Positions 50,431 to 60,066 of a stretch of 64,000 bases of DNA are shown in pieces. Origin of the DNA: Candidatus Poribacteria bacterium. GTDB taxonomy: Bacteria; Poribacteria; WGA-4E; PCPOR2b. The notes beneath the pieces were generated by a model that was given only the letters and a program-made list of their open reading frames with translations, searched no databases and was not told where the DNA came from. Where the stretch lies: contig OZ240245.1 of NCBI GenBank assembly GCA_965198175.1, positions 2,336,001 through 2,400,000 of the forward strand. Reading direction: 5' to 3'. Position 1 is the stretch's first letter; each line of letters opens with the position of its first letter. The translations under genes were made by a program, and so were the position numbers.

Positions 50431-51510
50431 ATGCGGCATTTGATAACGCTTGATGACTTCTCGAATTTTGAGATTCAACAAATCTTTCGGCTAGCGGATC
50501 AGATGCGGACTCAGTTGGCAACGTGGTCGGGTTTCTGCAAAGGGAAATTGCTGGCAACGCTATTTTACGAGCCGAGCACGCGGACCCGCCTCTCGTTTGA
50601 AAGTGCAGTGGAACGGCTCGACGGGCGAGCAATCGGTTTTTCCGATCCGCACGCTGCATCCGTTGCCAAAGGTGAAACCATCGCCGATACGGTTCGCATG
50701 GTCGCCAACTATTCAGATCTCATCGTCGTGCGCCACAATTGGGCGGGATCGGCGCGAGTCATGGCATGTTATTCCACCGTCCCAGTCATCAACGGCGGGG
50801 ATGGCAGCCATTGCCACCCCACGCAGGCGCTCACAGATTTGTACACCATCCTTCAACGTAAAGGAGGTATAGAAGGCGTAAGGGTTGGTATCTGTGGCGA
50901 TTTGCGATACGGCAGGTCTGCTCATTCGCTTGCGCTTGGCGTGGCACGATTCGGTGGAAGGCTGGTCCACATTGCCCCCGACAGTTTTCAGATGCCTGAA
51001 TGGGTTCTGGTGCAGTTGAAACATCTTTACGATCAGGAACCAATTGAGAGCTGTCAACTCAGCGATGTGATTGGTGAGCTTGATGTCATCTATGTCAATC
51101 GGCTTCAGCAGGAACGTCTGCCGCCAGAAATTGATCGAGAAGCGGCTAGTAGAAGTTATCTTGTGAACGCTGCGGTGATGAGCGGGGCTAAACCCGATGC
51201 AATTATCATGCACCCGCTACCGCGTGTTAACGAGCTGGCTTATGAATTAGACGCGGACGCACGCGCCGCTTATTTTGAACAGTCTGCGAACGGAGTTCCC
51301 ATTCGGATGGCGCTGATTGCCAGTCTGTTAGGACTTGAACAGTTAATTTTGACCCAACCGCCAGAGCGAAGGATCATATCTGAGAATCGACCCTGTGAAA
51401 ATCCAAACTGTGTCACCGCTCATGAGCGCTATCTGGAACCTGAAACGGAGATTATCACCGATGATTCGCTGATTACGGCGTGTGCTTATTGTGGCGACAT
51501 CAAACGTTAA
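50431..51510 (+). CDS. pyrB: Aspartate carbamoyltransferase with fused C-terminal PyrI-like zinc-binding domain
   Basis: FYEPSTRTRLSF, HPTQAL, RLQQER and MHPLPR; C-terminal CENPNC...CAYC. Confidence 0.92.
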   Translation: MRHLITLDDFSNFEIQQIFRLADQMRTQLATWSGFCKGKLLATLFYEPSTRTRLSFESAVERLDGRAIGFSDPHAASVAKGETIADTVRMVANYSDLIVVRHNWAGSARVMACYSTVPVINGGDGSHCHPTQALTDLYTILQRKGGIEGVRVGICGDLRYGRSAHSLALGVARFGGRLVHIAPDSFQMPEWVLVQLKHLYDQEPIESCQLSDVIGELDVIYVNRLQQERLPPEIDREAASRSYLVNAAVMSGAKPDAIIMHPLPRVNELAYELDADARAAYFEQSANGVPIRMALIASLLGLEQLILTQPPERRIISENRPCENPNCVTAHERYLEPETEIITDDSLITACAYCGDIKR

Positions 51511-51543
51511 ACATCATGAAAGGGGAACTGCCAACGCGATTCC

Positions 51544-52980
51544 ATGAACCGTGTTTTTGAAAATACATCCGCGCTCTTTATCGCCCAACTGATTGGTCGC
51601 CTCCTGTCGTTTGGCTTGATGGTTGTCCTGATGCCTCGCTATTTCACAGAGGAGGCGTTGGGAGGCTACATCACGGCGATGTCCCTGACCAATATGATTG
51701 CCGCCATTGCTGAATTGGGTATGCAATCCCCTCTGATTCGTGAGATGGCACTGCATCGCCGGCAAGCGCGCCATTTCTTGGGAAATGCGCTCATAATAAG
51801 ATTTCTCTTGTCGATCATTGCTTTTGGGTTGATGGTTGGAATCGGCTATTGGCGTTATCAGCCAATCATTGTTCGGATGATTCTCCTGCTCGGTTTATCG
51901 GACATCATTAACTCAACCGCTCAACTCTTTCGGTTTGTCTTTCGTGCATTTGAACGGATGAGATATGAGGCGTTCACGGTGGTGGTGGAACGCTCCCTAG
52001 TTGTTTTCGTTGGAGGAGCGCTCATTTTCTTGGGAATAGACCTTGTTAATTTCTGCGTTGTTGTGTTGATTGCGAGCATTTTCAACCTCGCCCTCAGTGT
52101 CGGAATTGTTGCCAGAAGATTCATGTCTCTTCGATTCCGTGCCGATCTGGGGATTTGGAAGGCGCTTATGCACCAAGCATTGCCCTTTGCGCTCGGCAAT
52201 ATCTGCAACCAAATCTATTTTCGAATCGACACGGTCCTACTCCCCATTTTAAGCTCACATGGGGTTACTGCTAACGCTTGGTACGGTCTAGCGTATCAAC
52301 TGGTGAATGCTTTCACGATTCTCCCAGGTGCATTTATGGGAGCGATGTTTCCTGTGATGGCGCGGACCTTTGCGAATAAGAGGATGGATTTTAGCAGCAT
52401 ATACACCGACGCACTGCGATGGATGTTTTTGGTGGGCGTGCCCTTTGCTGTCGGGATGGCGACTTTGTCCGAAAAAATATCGTCTGCCCTTTTCTCGCAT
52501 TATGAATGGGTAGAAATTGCCCCCGCCTTGCGTCTGCTGAGTTGGTCTGGGGGGTTGAGTTTCTTAACGACGGTCGTAATCACAGTGCTTCGGGCAACTG
52601 ACAAACGTCGTTCTTTTCCAATTTTAATGGCGACGACAGCACTTCTCAACATTGCATTGAACTTTATCCTCATCCCCCGCTTTAGCCATGTCGGCGCAGC
52701 CATGGCGATGATTGTCAGCGAGGTTTACTTATTTATCGGCAGTTTTATTTATATTTCTCAGCGAATCTCGAAATTAACCTACATCAGATTTGCAATCAAA
52801 ACCGTTATCGTCTCCGCGCTGATGGGTGCAGCCTTAATGTTCCTTCGAGACCGCTTTTCCATCTGGCTATTGATTCCGTGTGCGATTTTATTTTATCTTG
52901 CTGGAATGGCTGCCGTTGGCGAACTCAAACGGGGTAAAATCCCAAAAAGCATAGAGCTCAAAGATGAATCGTCTTTTTAA
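51544..52980 (+). CDS. Oligosaccharide flippase (Wzx/MOP family)
   Basis: Many TM helices; IYFRIDTVLL and LNFILIPRFSHVGAAMA patterns. Confidence 0.85.
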   Translation: MNRVFENTSALFIAQLIGRLLSFGLMVVLMPRYFTEEALGGYITAMSLTNMIAAIAELGMQSPLIREMALHRRQARHFLGNALIIRFLLSIIAFGLMVGIGYWRYQPIIVRMILLLGLSDIINSTAQLFRFVFRAFERMRYEAFTVVVERSLVVFVGGALIFLGIDLVNFCVVVLIASIFNLALSVGIVARRFMSLRFRADLGIWKALMHQALPFALGNICNQIYFRIDTVLLPILSSHGVTANAWYGLAYQLVNAFTILPGAFMGAMFPVMARTFANKRMDFSSIYTDALRWMFLVGVPFAVGMATLSEKISSALFSHYEWVEIAPALRLLSWSGGLSFLTTVVITVLRATDKRRSFPILMATTALLNIALNFILIPRFSHVGAAMAMIVSEVYLFIGSFIYISQRISKLTYIRFAIKTVIVSALMGAALMFLRDRFSIWLLIPCAILFYLAGMAAVGELKRGKIPKSIELKDESSF

Positions 52981-52989
52981 TCGACTTTT

Positions 52990-53502
52990 TTAAGATGACA
53001 TTTCTTCTCCTGTTTCCCTGCGAATTTCAAACGTCTGTATCACTTCATTTGCTAGAAGTCGCTGGGCGATTGTTTCCAGCTTTGCTCGATCTAAATCGCC
53101 TTGTAGCCAGTATTTTTTTCCGGTCTGTGCGGACTGAACGTCTGATGTACCTGGGTCACGAACTCCTTTAAGGACGCTATCGGCAACCGCATCTGTCACA
53201 CCAGCCTTAAATCGAATTTCAATTGTCCAGGTGTCAATCAAACGTGCTGAACGAACGCCTTGCACTGGCGTGTCATTATTGAATTCCCGGTAAACATAAC
53301 GCTGCGTTACCGGATCGGCGAGGAGAACTGTACAGATACGTTCTACTGTGTGAGAATCGATCTTACCTTCAATCCAATAAATTTGCGCGGTACGAACGGA
53401 GGTAACACCAACGACGCCCAAATCAGCGATATCCTCAAGGATGCCTTGCCCAATAACATCCGGTGTTTCAGATTTGTAGCTAACTTCAATCTTCCATCTC
53501 AA
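52990..53502 (-). CDS. purS: Tandem PurS-like domain protein (FGAM synthase subunit)
   Basis: Two PurS-like units ending LLADPVTQ and LLANEVIQ; GVTD motif. Confidence 0.65.
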   Translation of the reverse strand: MRWKIEVSYKSETPDVIGQGILEDIADLGVVGVTSVRTAQIYWIEGKIDSHTVERICTVLLADPVTQRYVYREFNNDTPVQGVRSARLIDTWTIEIRFKAGVTDAVADSVLKGVRDPGTSDVQSAQTGKKYWLQGDLDRAKLETIAQRLLANEVIQTFEIRRETGEEMSS

Positions 53503-53594
53503 TCTTGACGTCTCCTAGGTGCCGATCCGAATATCTAGGATGTTTCGCTGTTATTTATGTTTTGCCTTGTTCTCTGAATCGCAAGGAGTAAAGC

Positions 53595-53849
53595 GTGCCG
53601 ACTGAAAAAGCTAACGCTCGAATGCTAATGATTATTGTCAGCGTGATTGGACTGATATTTGCCATCGTTATGGTTATTCTGTTCTTCAACGCAGCCCCCG
53701 CGCTTTCTAAGCTACGAGAGCATCAAACGTACACGGACGCCTCTGCGTGTTTGAAGTGTCACTTGACTGGTGATGAACAATCGCCAACCATGCCCCACCT
53801 CAATATTGGCGGCTGTCATCTCTGCCACAAACTAGCCAAGGGGGAATAG
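53595..53849 (+). CDS. Small membrane-anchored diheme c-type cytochrome
   Basis: N-terminal TM helix; CLKCH and CHLCH (two CxxCH) plus distal His candidates; SD AAGGAG before GTG. Confidence 0.75.
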   Translation: MPTEKANARMLMIIVSVIGLIFAIVMVILFFNAAPALSKLREHQTYTDASACLKCHLTGDEQSPTMPHLNIGGCHLCHKLAKGE

Positions 53850-54016
53850 CAACGCAAGCCGTAAAAACAGCTTGGGGGTTCCGCATCACTGGAAATCTTG
53901 GTTAGTAGTGAAGTGATTCCGAAGGTTATCACATTCTCTTTACGAATGCAAGTATCATGTCGTCATTAATTTTGAAACCGGAAACGGCGCCGGGGGTAGG
54001 CGTTGTGGCTTTTCTG

Positions 54017-54044
54017 TTGACGCTGACTTTGAAAATGGTATAAT
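54017..54044 (+). promoter_or_regulatory. Sigma70 promoter with extended -10
   Basis: TTGACG-16 nt-TATAAT, with TG preceding the -10 box. Confidence 0.6.
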
Positions 54045-54117
54045 GCACAGCACCGTCGGCTGTTTCAGATCGTCGCAGAAGTACACATAAACTTAAATAA
54101 TCTGGAGGAACCCTCAG

Positions 54118-54975
54118 ATGAATTTTGGACCCTTGGGTTGGGGCAAAACAAATCGATTAGCGCAGATGTTCAAACCCAATCGCCATGGTGAATATCATAC
54201 CGCCATGTTGGCAGTGGACCACCCGTATTTCTATGGGCCGACTGAAGGATTAATCGATCCGAGAAAAACAATACGTCCGATAGTCTCCTATGCAGATGCT
54301 ATCAGTCCTGCAAAAGGGACTTTGGAATATTGCTTGGACCCATTCGTAACCACACCCGTCATTTTAAGGGTAACGGGCGGTAATAGTTTGACAAGGCGTG
54401 ACGAACTATCTAATGAACACATTATAACGTCTGTCGAAGAAGCAGTAAGGCTGAATGCAATCGGTGTTTCAGTCTCAGTGTACATTGATAGTGAACATCA
54501 AACCCAAACCATTAGAAATTTAGGAATGTTGGCAAACCAAGCCAGCAAATATGGATTACTAGTACTAGGCATCACGGCTGTGGGCGCGACATTAGAGCAG
54601 CGAATTAAAGGCGAAGGCGCCGGAGATGACACGTTTGATGCTGCCAGATATTTTGCCCATGCCGGCAGAATCATCCAAGAAAATGGCGCCGATATCGTCA
54701 AAACATATTATTGCGACCATTTTGAGCAAGTTAGAGAGGGAATACAAGTTCCCATCGTCATTGCAGGTGGCAAAAAGATACCTGAGCGCGAAGCGTTGGA
54801 ATTCACATATAATGCGATAGGCGCGGGCGCCAACGGCGTCGATATGGGGCGAAACATCTTTCAAGCGGAGGCACCCGTTGCCATGATACAAGCTGTGCAG
54901 TCAATCGTCCACGAAGGGAATACGCCCGATCAAGCTTCTGTAATCTATGATGAACTCAAACAAAGGACAGCGTAA
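54118..54975 (+). CDS. lsrF: LsrF-like class I aldolase/thiolase
   Basis: WGKTNRL, MLAVDHPYFYGPT, GADIVKTYY (catalytic Lys), IAGGKK and GVDMGRNIFQ. Confidence 0.8.
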   Translation: MNFGPLGWGKTNRLAQMFKPNRHGEYHTAMLAVDHPYFYGPTEGLIDPRKTIRPIVSYADAISPAKGTLEYCLDPFVTTPVILRVTGGNSLTRRDELSNEHIITSVEEAVRLNAIGVSVSVYIDSEHQTQTIRNLGMLANQASKYGLLVLGITAVGATLEQRIKGEGAGDDTFDAARYFAHAGRIIQENGADIVKTYYCDHFEQVREGIQVPIVIAGGKKIPEREALEFTYNAIGAGANGVDMGRNIFQAEAPVAMIQAVQSIVHEGNTPDQASVIYDELKQRTA

Positions 54976-54979
54976 GACG

Positions 54980-56017
54980 ATGAAAGTCGGTATGTATTAT
55001 AATAACAGCGATGTAAGGATAGAACACATGCCGGTTCCAGCCATTGGCAATGGCGATTTGTTGATGGAAGTGAACACGAGCGGTATTTGTGGGAGTGATA
55101 TCATGGAATGGTATCGCATCCAGAAAGCGCCGTTAGTATTGGGTCATGAGGTGACTGGGACAATTGTCGAAGTAGGAAAGAATGTCGCTTCATTTCAGGT
55201 TGGCGACAGAATTTCTTCCACCCATCATGTTCCTTGCGATGTATGTCATTACTGTTTACACGGGCATCATACTGCTTGTGAAACCTTTCATGCCGAAAAC
55301 AATTTTGACCCCGGTGGTTTTTCGGAGTATTTAAGAATCACAGGAAAAAGTGTAACGAAAGGTACATTAAAGCTCCCCGACGAAGTCTCCTATGAACAGG
55401 GCGCATTTATCGAACCGCTCGGCACGGTAGTGAGGGGGGTGAGGGCAGTGGACGTACAACCTGACGATAGTATGCTCATTCTAGGAAGCGGTCTGGTCGG
55501 TTTGCTCCACATGAAATTAGGAAAGGCACTGGGCGCTGGGCGAATTATCGCAACGGACATGCACGATTCGCGACTGCGGTTCGCAGAGAAGGTTGGCGCC
55601 GACCATATCATTGATGCCAGAGCCGATTTGCCCAGTCTCATTAGGGAGGTCAACGATGGACATCTTGTTGACAAAGTAATCGTCTGTACAGGCGCCCTAT
55701 CAGCCGCTGCACAAGCGTTAAAATCCGTTGGCAAGGGTGGAACGGTATTGTTTTTCGCTGTCCCCAAACCGGATGAGTCCATTGCGGTTGACATCAATGC
55801 GTTTTGGAGAGATGATATTAGCGTGAAAGTAAGTTATGGCGCTGCGCCGGCGGATAACGAACAAGCCTTAGCACTTATTAGAACAGGAAAGGTTATCGTG
55901 ACCGATATGATTACGCATCGATTGAGTCTTGATGACATCTGTGATGGCTTCAGGCTCGCGAATGAAGGCGCCGAATGCCTCAAGGTCATGATAGAACCAA
56001 ACAGAGGCAACAGCTAA
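54980..56017 (+). CDS. Zinc-dependent alcohol/polyol dehydrogenase
   Basis: GICGSD, LGHE, C..C..C......C structural Zn site and GSGLVG. Start trimmed to ATG 54980. Confidence 0.88.
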   Translation: MKVGMYYNNSDVRIEHMPVPAIGNGDLLMEVNTSGICGSDIMEWYRIQKAPLVLGHEVTGTIVEVGKNVASFQVGDRISSTHHVPCDVCHYCLHGHHTACETFHAENNFDPGGFSEYLRITGKSVTKGTLKLPDEVSYEQGAFIEPLGTVVRGVRAVDVQPDDSMLILGSGLVGLLHMKLGKALGAGRIIATDMHDSRLRFAEKVGADHIIDARADLPSLIREVNDGHLVDKVIVCTGALSAAAQALKSVGKGGTVLFFAVPKPDESIAVDINAFWRDDISVKVSYGAAPADNEQALALIRTGKVIVTDMITHRLSLDDICDGFRLANEGAECLKVMIEPNRGNS

Positions 56018-56127
56018 CACACGCAGCCGGAATAATCAATGCGGCAGGAAGCAACCCCCTAGTCCAAGTCAAAACTGAAAGCCGATGATTTGGATGTCGC
56101 CTAGCCTGGTGTCAGGGCGTTTAGTCC

Positions 56128-57432
56128 TTATATTTGTTCCTGTAGTTTTGGATGGCTACCGAGCACCTTGATGAGTGTTCGTACTAGCTTTTCTGGGTCA
56201 TGGCGGATTACTGTTAGGGGGACTCCATTCTCAACAATAACCGTATCTCGAATAAGATCTGATTCCAAAACGCGGATGCCACCGAGATTGTCTTGATCGG
56301 AATCGTAGAAGATTTGCACCTTGGAGGGATCCGCCATCTGTTTGGTCTCATCAGAGAGTTGCGAAATATGTTTGGTTAGATTAAGCAGCGAGTCTGTCAC
56401 ATGTTGCGGCTGTTCTTTAAGCGCGGAAAGTGCTTCTTCTGTGTGCATCTTAATGCGTGTAAATTGTTCCATAAGCTCTTTCTGGACATAGTTGTTGATT
56501 AGGGTTTCAGGGGCAGGCTGATTGTTAACAATAACATAATCTATTGAAAGATTTACGTGGTTAATGATAGCTTGAATATGGTCACTGACCGAGTAGCCGT
56601 CAGTTTCGCCGGGTTGAGACATCACATTACAGATGTAAACCTTCATAGCCTTCGAGGATCGGATTGCCTTGGCGATTCCCTTGACAACGAGATTGGGCAT
56701 AATGCTGGTGTATAAACTACCGGGACCGATTGCAATGACATCGGAATTTTGAATTGCCTCTTCAGCCTCCTGGTTCGCGGTGCATTCATAGGACTGGTTC
56801 GATGGACGATGATTTTTGCCATTATCGCGGGGCTCAAGAAAAACTCTCCGAATTGGTTCCCGATTCTCCCGTTTCGGAATTTTGGATTCGCCGCGGACTA
56901 CATCGCCATCGGCGAGTTCTGCACACAATACGGTGTAATTCAAGCTAACGGGGATAATTTTCCCGCGTACAGCGAGCAATTTTGATGCTGCTCGAATTGC
57001 CTTGGGAAAACTGCCGTCATTCAATTCGGTAAGTGCGGTCAAGAGAAGATTGCCAACAGTATGTCCACCGAGATCGCCATCATTTGAAAAACGATATTCA
57101 AAGAGGCTGTCTAATTCATCTGCCTCGGACAGGGCAACCAAGAGCTTACGAATGTCACCCGGTGGAGGCACATCAAATTCCTGGATTAATCGTCCACTGC
57201 TGCCACCATCGTCAGAAACAGAAACAATTGCGGACAGATTGTCTATATCAATTATTCCTGAGCAATCGTGTGTTCTATCTGTGTATTGTTTAATCCCACT
57301 GAGGAGAGATGATAATCCTGTTCCTCCGCCTATACACACGAGCCTTAGAGCACTTCCAGCTTCCATAATCGTTCTCCATAAATGAGATCTAATGATCAGT
57401 TCTTTAAATTGACCCGCAGTTATAAGCCTCAA
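56128..57432 (-). CDS. yvcK: YvcK/CofD family (gluconeogenesis factor, UDP-GlcNAc-binding); start probably ATG 57366
   Basis: IGGGTGLS, DDGGSSG, PPGDIR, GHTVGNL, GPGSLYTS, QPGET and IRHDP. Confidence 0.88.
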   Translation of the reverse strand: MRLITAGQFKELIIRSHLWRTIMEAGSALRLVCIGGGTGLSSLLSGIKQYTDRTHDCSGIIDIDNLSAIVSVSDDGGSSGRLIQEFDVPPPGDIRKLLVALSEADELDSLFEYRFSNDGDLGGHTVGNLLLTALTELNDGSFPKAIRAASKLLAVRGKIIPVSLNYTVLCAELADGDVVRGESKIPKRENREPIRRVFLEPRDNGKNHRPSNQSYECTANQEAEEAIQNSDVIAIGPGSLYTSIMPNLVVKGIAKAIRSSKAMKVYICNVMSQPGETDGYSVSDHIQAIINHVNLSIDYVIVNNQPAPETLINNYVQKELMEQFTRIKMHTEEALSALKEQPQHVTDSLLNLTKHISQLSDETKQMADPSKVQIFYDSDQDNLGGIRVLESDLIRDTVIVENGVPLTVIRHDPEKLVRTLIKVLGSHPKLQEQI

Positions 57433-57589
57433 TCACAGATTGGGGTCTGAGGTGGCGCACCCGATACGCACTTCTGAAATAAACCACTCGAAAGGGAGGT
57501 ATCCAGAAGTGTTGGGACATTTGATAATATCAACGTTGTGAAACTTCTTGCGTTTCAGGGACACGAATACTGCAATTGCTTAATACCTT

Positions 57590-58987
57590 TCAATTGGACG
57601 AGGTCATTAGATCTCTCAAAGTTTTAAGCGTTGAATCACAAAGCACCTCCGCCTGTTCAGACGTAAGCGCTTCACTGAATACACGGATAACCGGTTCCGT
57701 GCCTGACTTACGGATGTTTACCCATCGATCCTTCCAAACACGCTTCACACCATCGGTTAGATCGAGTGAAGGTTCTTGATTGACCCACGCTACCTGTTCG
57801 TCACGATAAGTTTCGTGGGCGAGTTTCATGACGGTATCAGCGATTTCTTGTGAGGAAACTTCCAATTTTTTCTTACTTATTGCGTAACGTGGCATGGCGG
57901 TAACGAGTTCCGAAATCGCTGATACACTTGAATCCGCAAGCAACTGGACGATTGCAGCAATAGATGCTATTCCATCTGTGGTGTATTGGACTTCTGGATA
58001 GATAACACCGCCTGTTCCCTCCCCACCGATAATTGCCTTGGTAGCACGCATCTTCTCAACGACGAAGCCGACTCCCACCGCTGTACGGTGAATTTCGACG
58101 CCATGTCGATCAGCGATATCATCTAACATGCGGCTCGTGGATACGGTGGCAACAATGTCCCCCTTGCGTTTGCTCAACAAGAATTCAGCCGCCAATGCAA
58201 AAGTATATTCGCTGCTTAAGGGAAAACCCCCATCTGTAACAACCACAAGGCGATCCGCATCAACATCATGCGCGAATCCGATGTCGGCTCCTTCGGATTG
58301 AACAACTTGGCACAGTTGATTCAGCGCGTCGGGTGTTGGTTCTGTAGCGTGAGGGAAATTACCATCGGGCACACAATTCAGTTCGATGACTCGACACCCC
58401 AGTTCACTCAACAGGCGTGGGCTAATCACGCAGCCTGCTCCGTTGCAACAATCGATGACGACCTTCAACCTGTGCGAGCGAGTTTGATTGAGGTCTATCC
58501 AATCACAACTGAGGATGTTGGCAATATGACGATCGATTGCAGCGTCGAAGGCTTCCACAGTGCCTTGTTCATACCATCTCGCGAGCCTGAAATCCTCAGA
58601 TTCATAGATGTGCATCAGTTGCGCTTGTTCGGCCTGATTCAAAAGCCGACCGGATTCAGCCGCGAACTCGAGTCCATTCCAATCGATTGGATTGTGACTC
58701 GCTGTGATAACGAGGCTACCTTGCGCATTTAATGTCTTAGAGGTGAATAAGGCAGTTGGTGTCGGGCAAATTCCAACGTCAATGACTTTGCAGCCGGATG
58801 CGACTAGCCCTGCAAGCACCGCGTGGCGCGCCATTAACCCAGATGTCCGTGTGTCTCTTCCGATGACGACGGTTTTACCACCGACAAAGGTTCCAAATGC
58901 TGCTGCGAACCGCGTTAGTACCTCCGGCCCCAATGTCTCACCGATTTTCCCTCTCACACCTGAGACGCTAACGATGAAGTCCCGCAT
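57590..58987 (-). CDS. glmM: Phosphohexomutase (phosphoglucosamine mutase / phosphomannomutase)
   Basis: SVSGVRG, TASHNP, DVDADRL, GGEGTGG and RKSGTEP. Substrate not resolvable from motifs. Confidence 0.75.
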   Translation of the reverse strand: MRDFIVSVSGVRGKIGETLGPEVLTRFAAAFGTFVGGKTVVIGRDTRTSGLMARHAVLAGLVASGCKVIDVGICPTPTALFTSKTLNAQGSLVITASHNPIDWNGLEFAAESGRLLNQAEQAQLMHIYESEDFRLARWYEQGTVEAFDAAIDRHIANILSCDWIDLNQTRSHRLKVVIDCCNGAGCVISPRLLSELGCRVIELNCVPDGNFPHATEPTPDALNQLCQVVQSEGADIGFAHDVDADRLVVVTDGGFPLSSEYTFALAAEFLLSKRKGDIVATVSTSRMLDDIADRHGVEIHRTAVGVGFVVEKMRATKAIIGGEGTGGVIYPEVQYTTDGIASIAAIVQLLADSSVSAISELVTAMPRYAISKKKLEVSSQEIADTVMKLAHETYRDEQVAWVNQEPSLDLTDGVKRVWKDRWVNIRKSGTEPVIRVFSEALTSEQAEVLCDSTLKTLRDLMTSSN

Positions 58988-59039
58988 ACAGATTCCTAAC
59001 GGTTCAAAGATTGTTACATTTCGGACGGCTGTTGCGCTT

Positions 59040-59190
59040 AATCCTGAACAGCATTTCCAGATGCTGCGTAGTTTTCCGTAATTTCCTAATCTTAGAGTTG
59101 TAATCCCTTACGAGATTGCAACATCTATATCCAATAGTTTAGAGACTTTAGCACAGCATCTTGAAAATGATGCTTCCACTAATCAGGGTT
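59040..59190. repeat. Degenerate palindromic intergenic element (MITE/REP-like)
   Basis: AATCCTGA..CAGCATTTCCAGATGCTG versus CAGCATCTTGAAAATGATGC..TCAGGGTT; central hairpin GTTGTAATC/GATTGCAAC. Confidence 0.4.
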
Positions 59191-59237
59191 GCAGGCGCTG
59201 ATCCAGAAAACAATAGGGCTACTGTCACATAAGAACT

Positions 59238-60029
59238 TCAGAAGGATAATTTTCGAGCTACTAGGACACAACAACAAAATCCAATCAGCATCTGCCAACC
59301 GCAGATTTGGTACCATGGCGGATAAACAAACAAGTACGATGGAATTGGCGTCAATTCGTATAAGGCAGGTGTCCTGAAAATATCGATTTCAAGCAGATGG
59401 CATACAGCAATTAGCGGGTTGATATGCAAAACCGGCGGTATGATTGGTTGAAGATTCTCTAGATACCGATCTAAAGGAGTAAGCAGGAAAACGCCACCGA
59501 TGAAAAACGCCCACACAAGATACGTCAGTTCAACAGCAAATAGTGTTTGCCGGAAAATCTGCCAACCCAATGCACCGATTGACGCTCCCACAAATATGTA
59601 ATCGATAAACACCAGATGCAACAATATGACTCTATAACGCAGAAGTTCGCCGGCTGAAACTGTAAATACGAGGGTTGTCACTCCAAGAAAACAAAGGCTG
59701 TATATCTGACTCCCAAAAAGTATACGCACCAGAATGCTTCGCGAACGTATCGGGCTCAATAACATGAGACCATCTGATAACCTCAAATCAAAGTGCTTTT
59801 TAAGCGTGCTGCAAGCCAAGTATGGCGAGACAATCAGAATTAGTATTGCTTCGGCTAGAAAGATGAGATCAGTAAACTGTCCCAGCTTCGCACGTATCAG
59901 TAGCTGACAAATCGCCAGAAGCAGAGCGCTTTGTACGATTACGGCGAAACAGATTTTGCCAACTCCTCTCCATCGTTGGCACATTACCCGGCTGAGAATT
60001 GGGTTTTCAAGTTGCCACACTAGGTTCAT
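59238..60029 (-). CDS. Hypothetical integral membrane protein (ABC-2 permease-like)
   Basis: About six TM segments; ENPIL, LLSPI and INPL patterns. Confidence 0.55.
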   Translation of the reverse strand: MNLVWQLENPILSRVMCQRWRGVGKICFAVIVQSALLLAICQLLIRAKLGQFTDLIFLAEAILILIVSPYLACSTLKKHFDLRLSDGLMLLSPIRSRSILVRILFGSQIYSLCFLGVTTLVFTVSAGELLRYRVILLHLVFIDYIFVGASIGALGWQIFRQTLFAVELTYLVWAFFIGGVFLLTPLDRYLENLQPIIPPVLHINPLIAVCHLLEIDIFRTPALYELTPIPSYLFVYPPWYQICGWQMLIGFCCCVLVARKLSF

Positions 60030-60066
60030 CGGCGAACCTTTCCAAAATGAAGCAAAGAATCACGAA

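Noticed and set aside
54118..56017. AI-2 quorum-sensing (lsr) system
   Set aside because: Only an LsrF-like gene with a Zn-dehydrogenase is present. There is no lsrK, lsrG, lsrR or transporter in the window.
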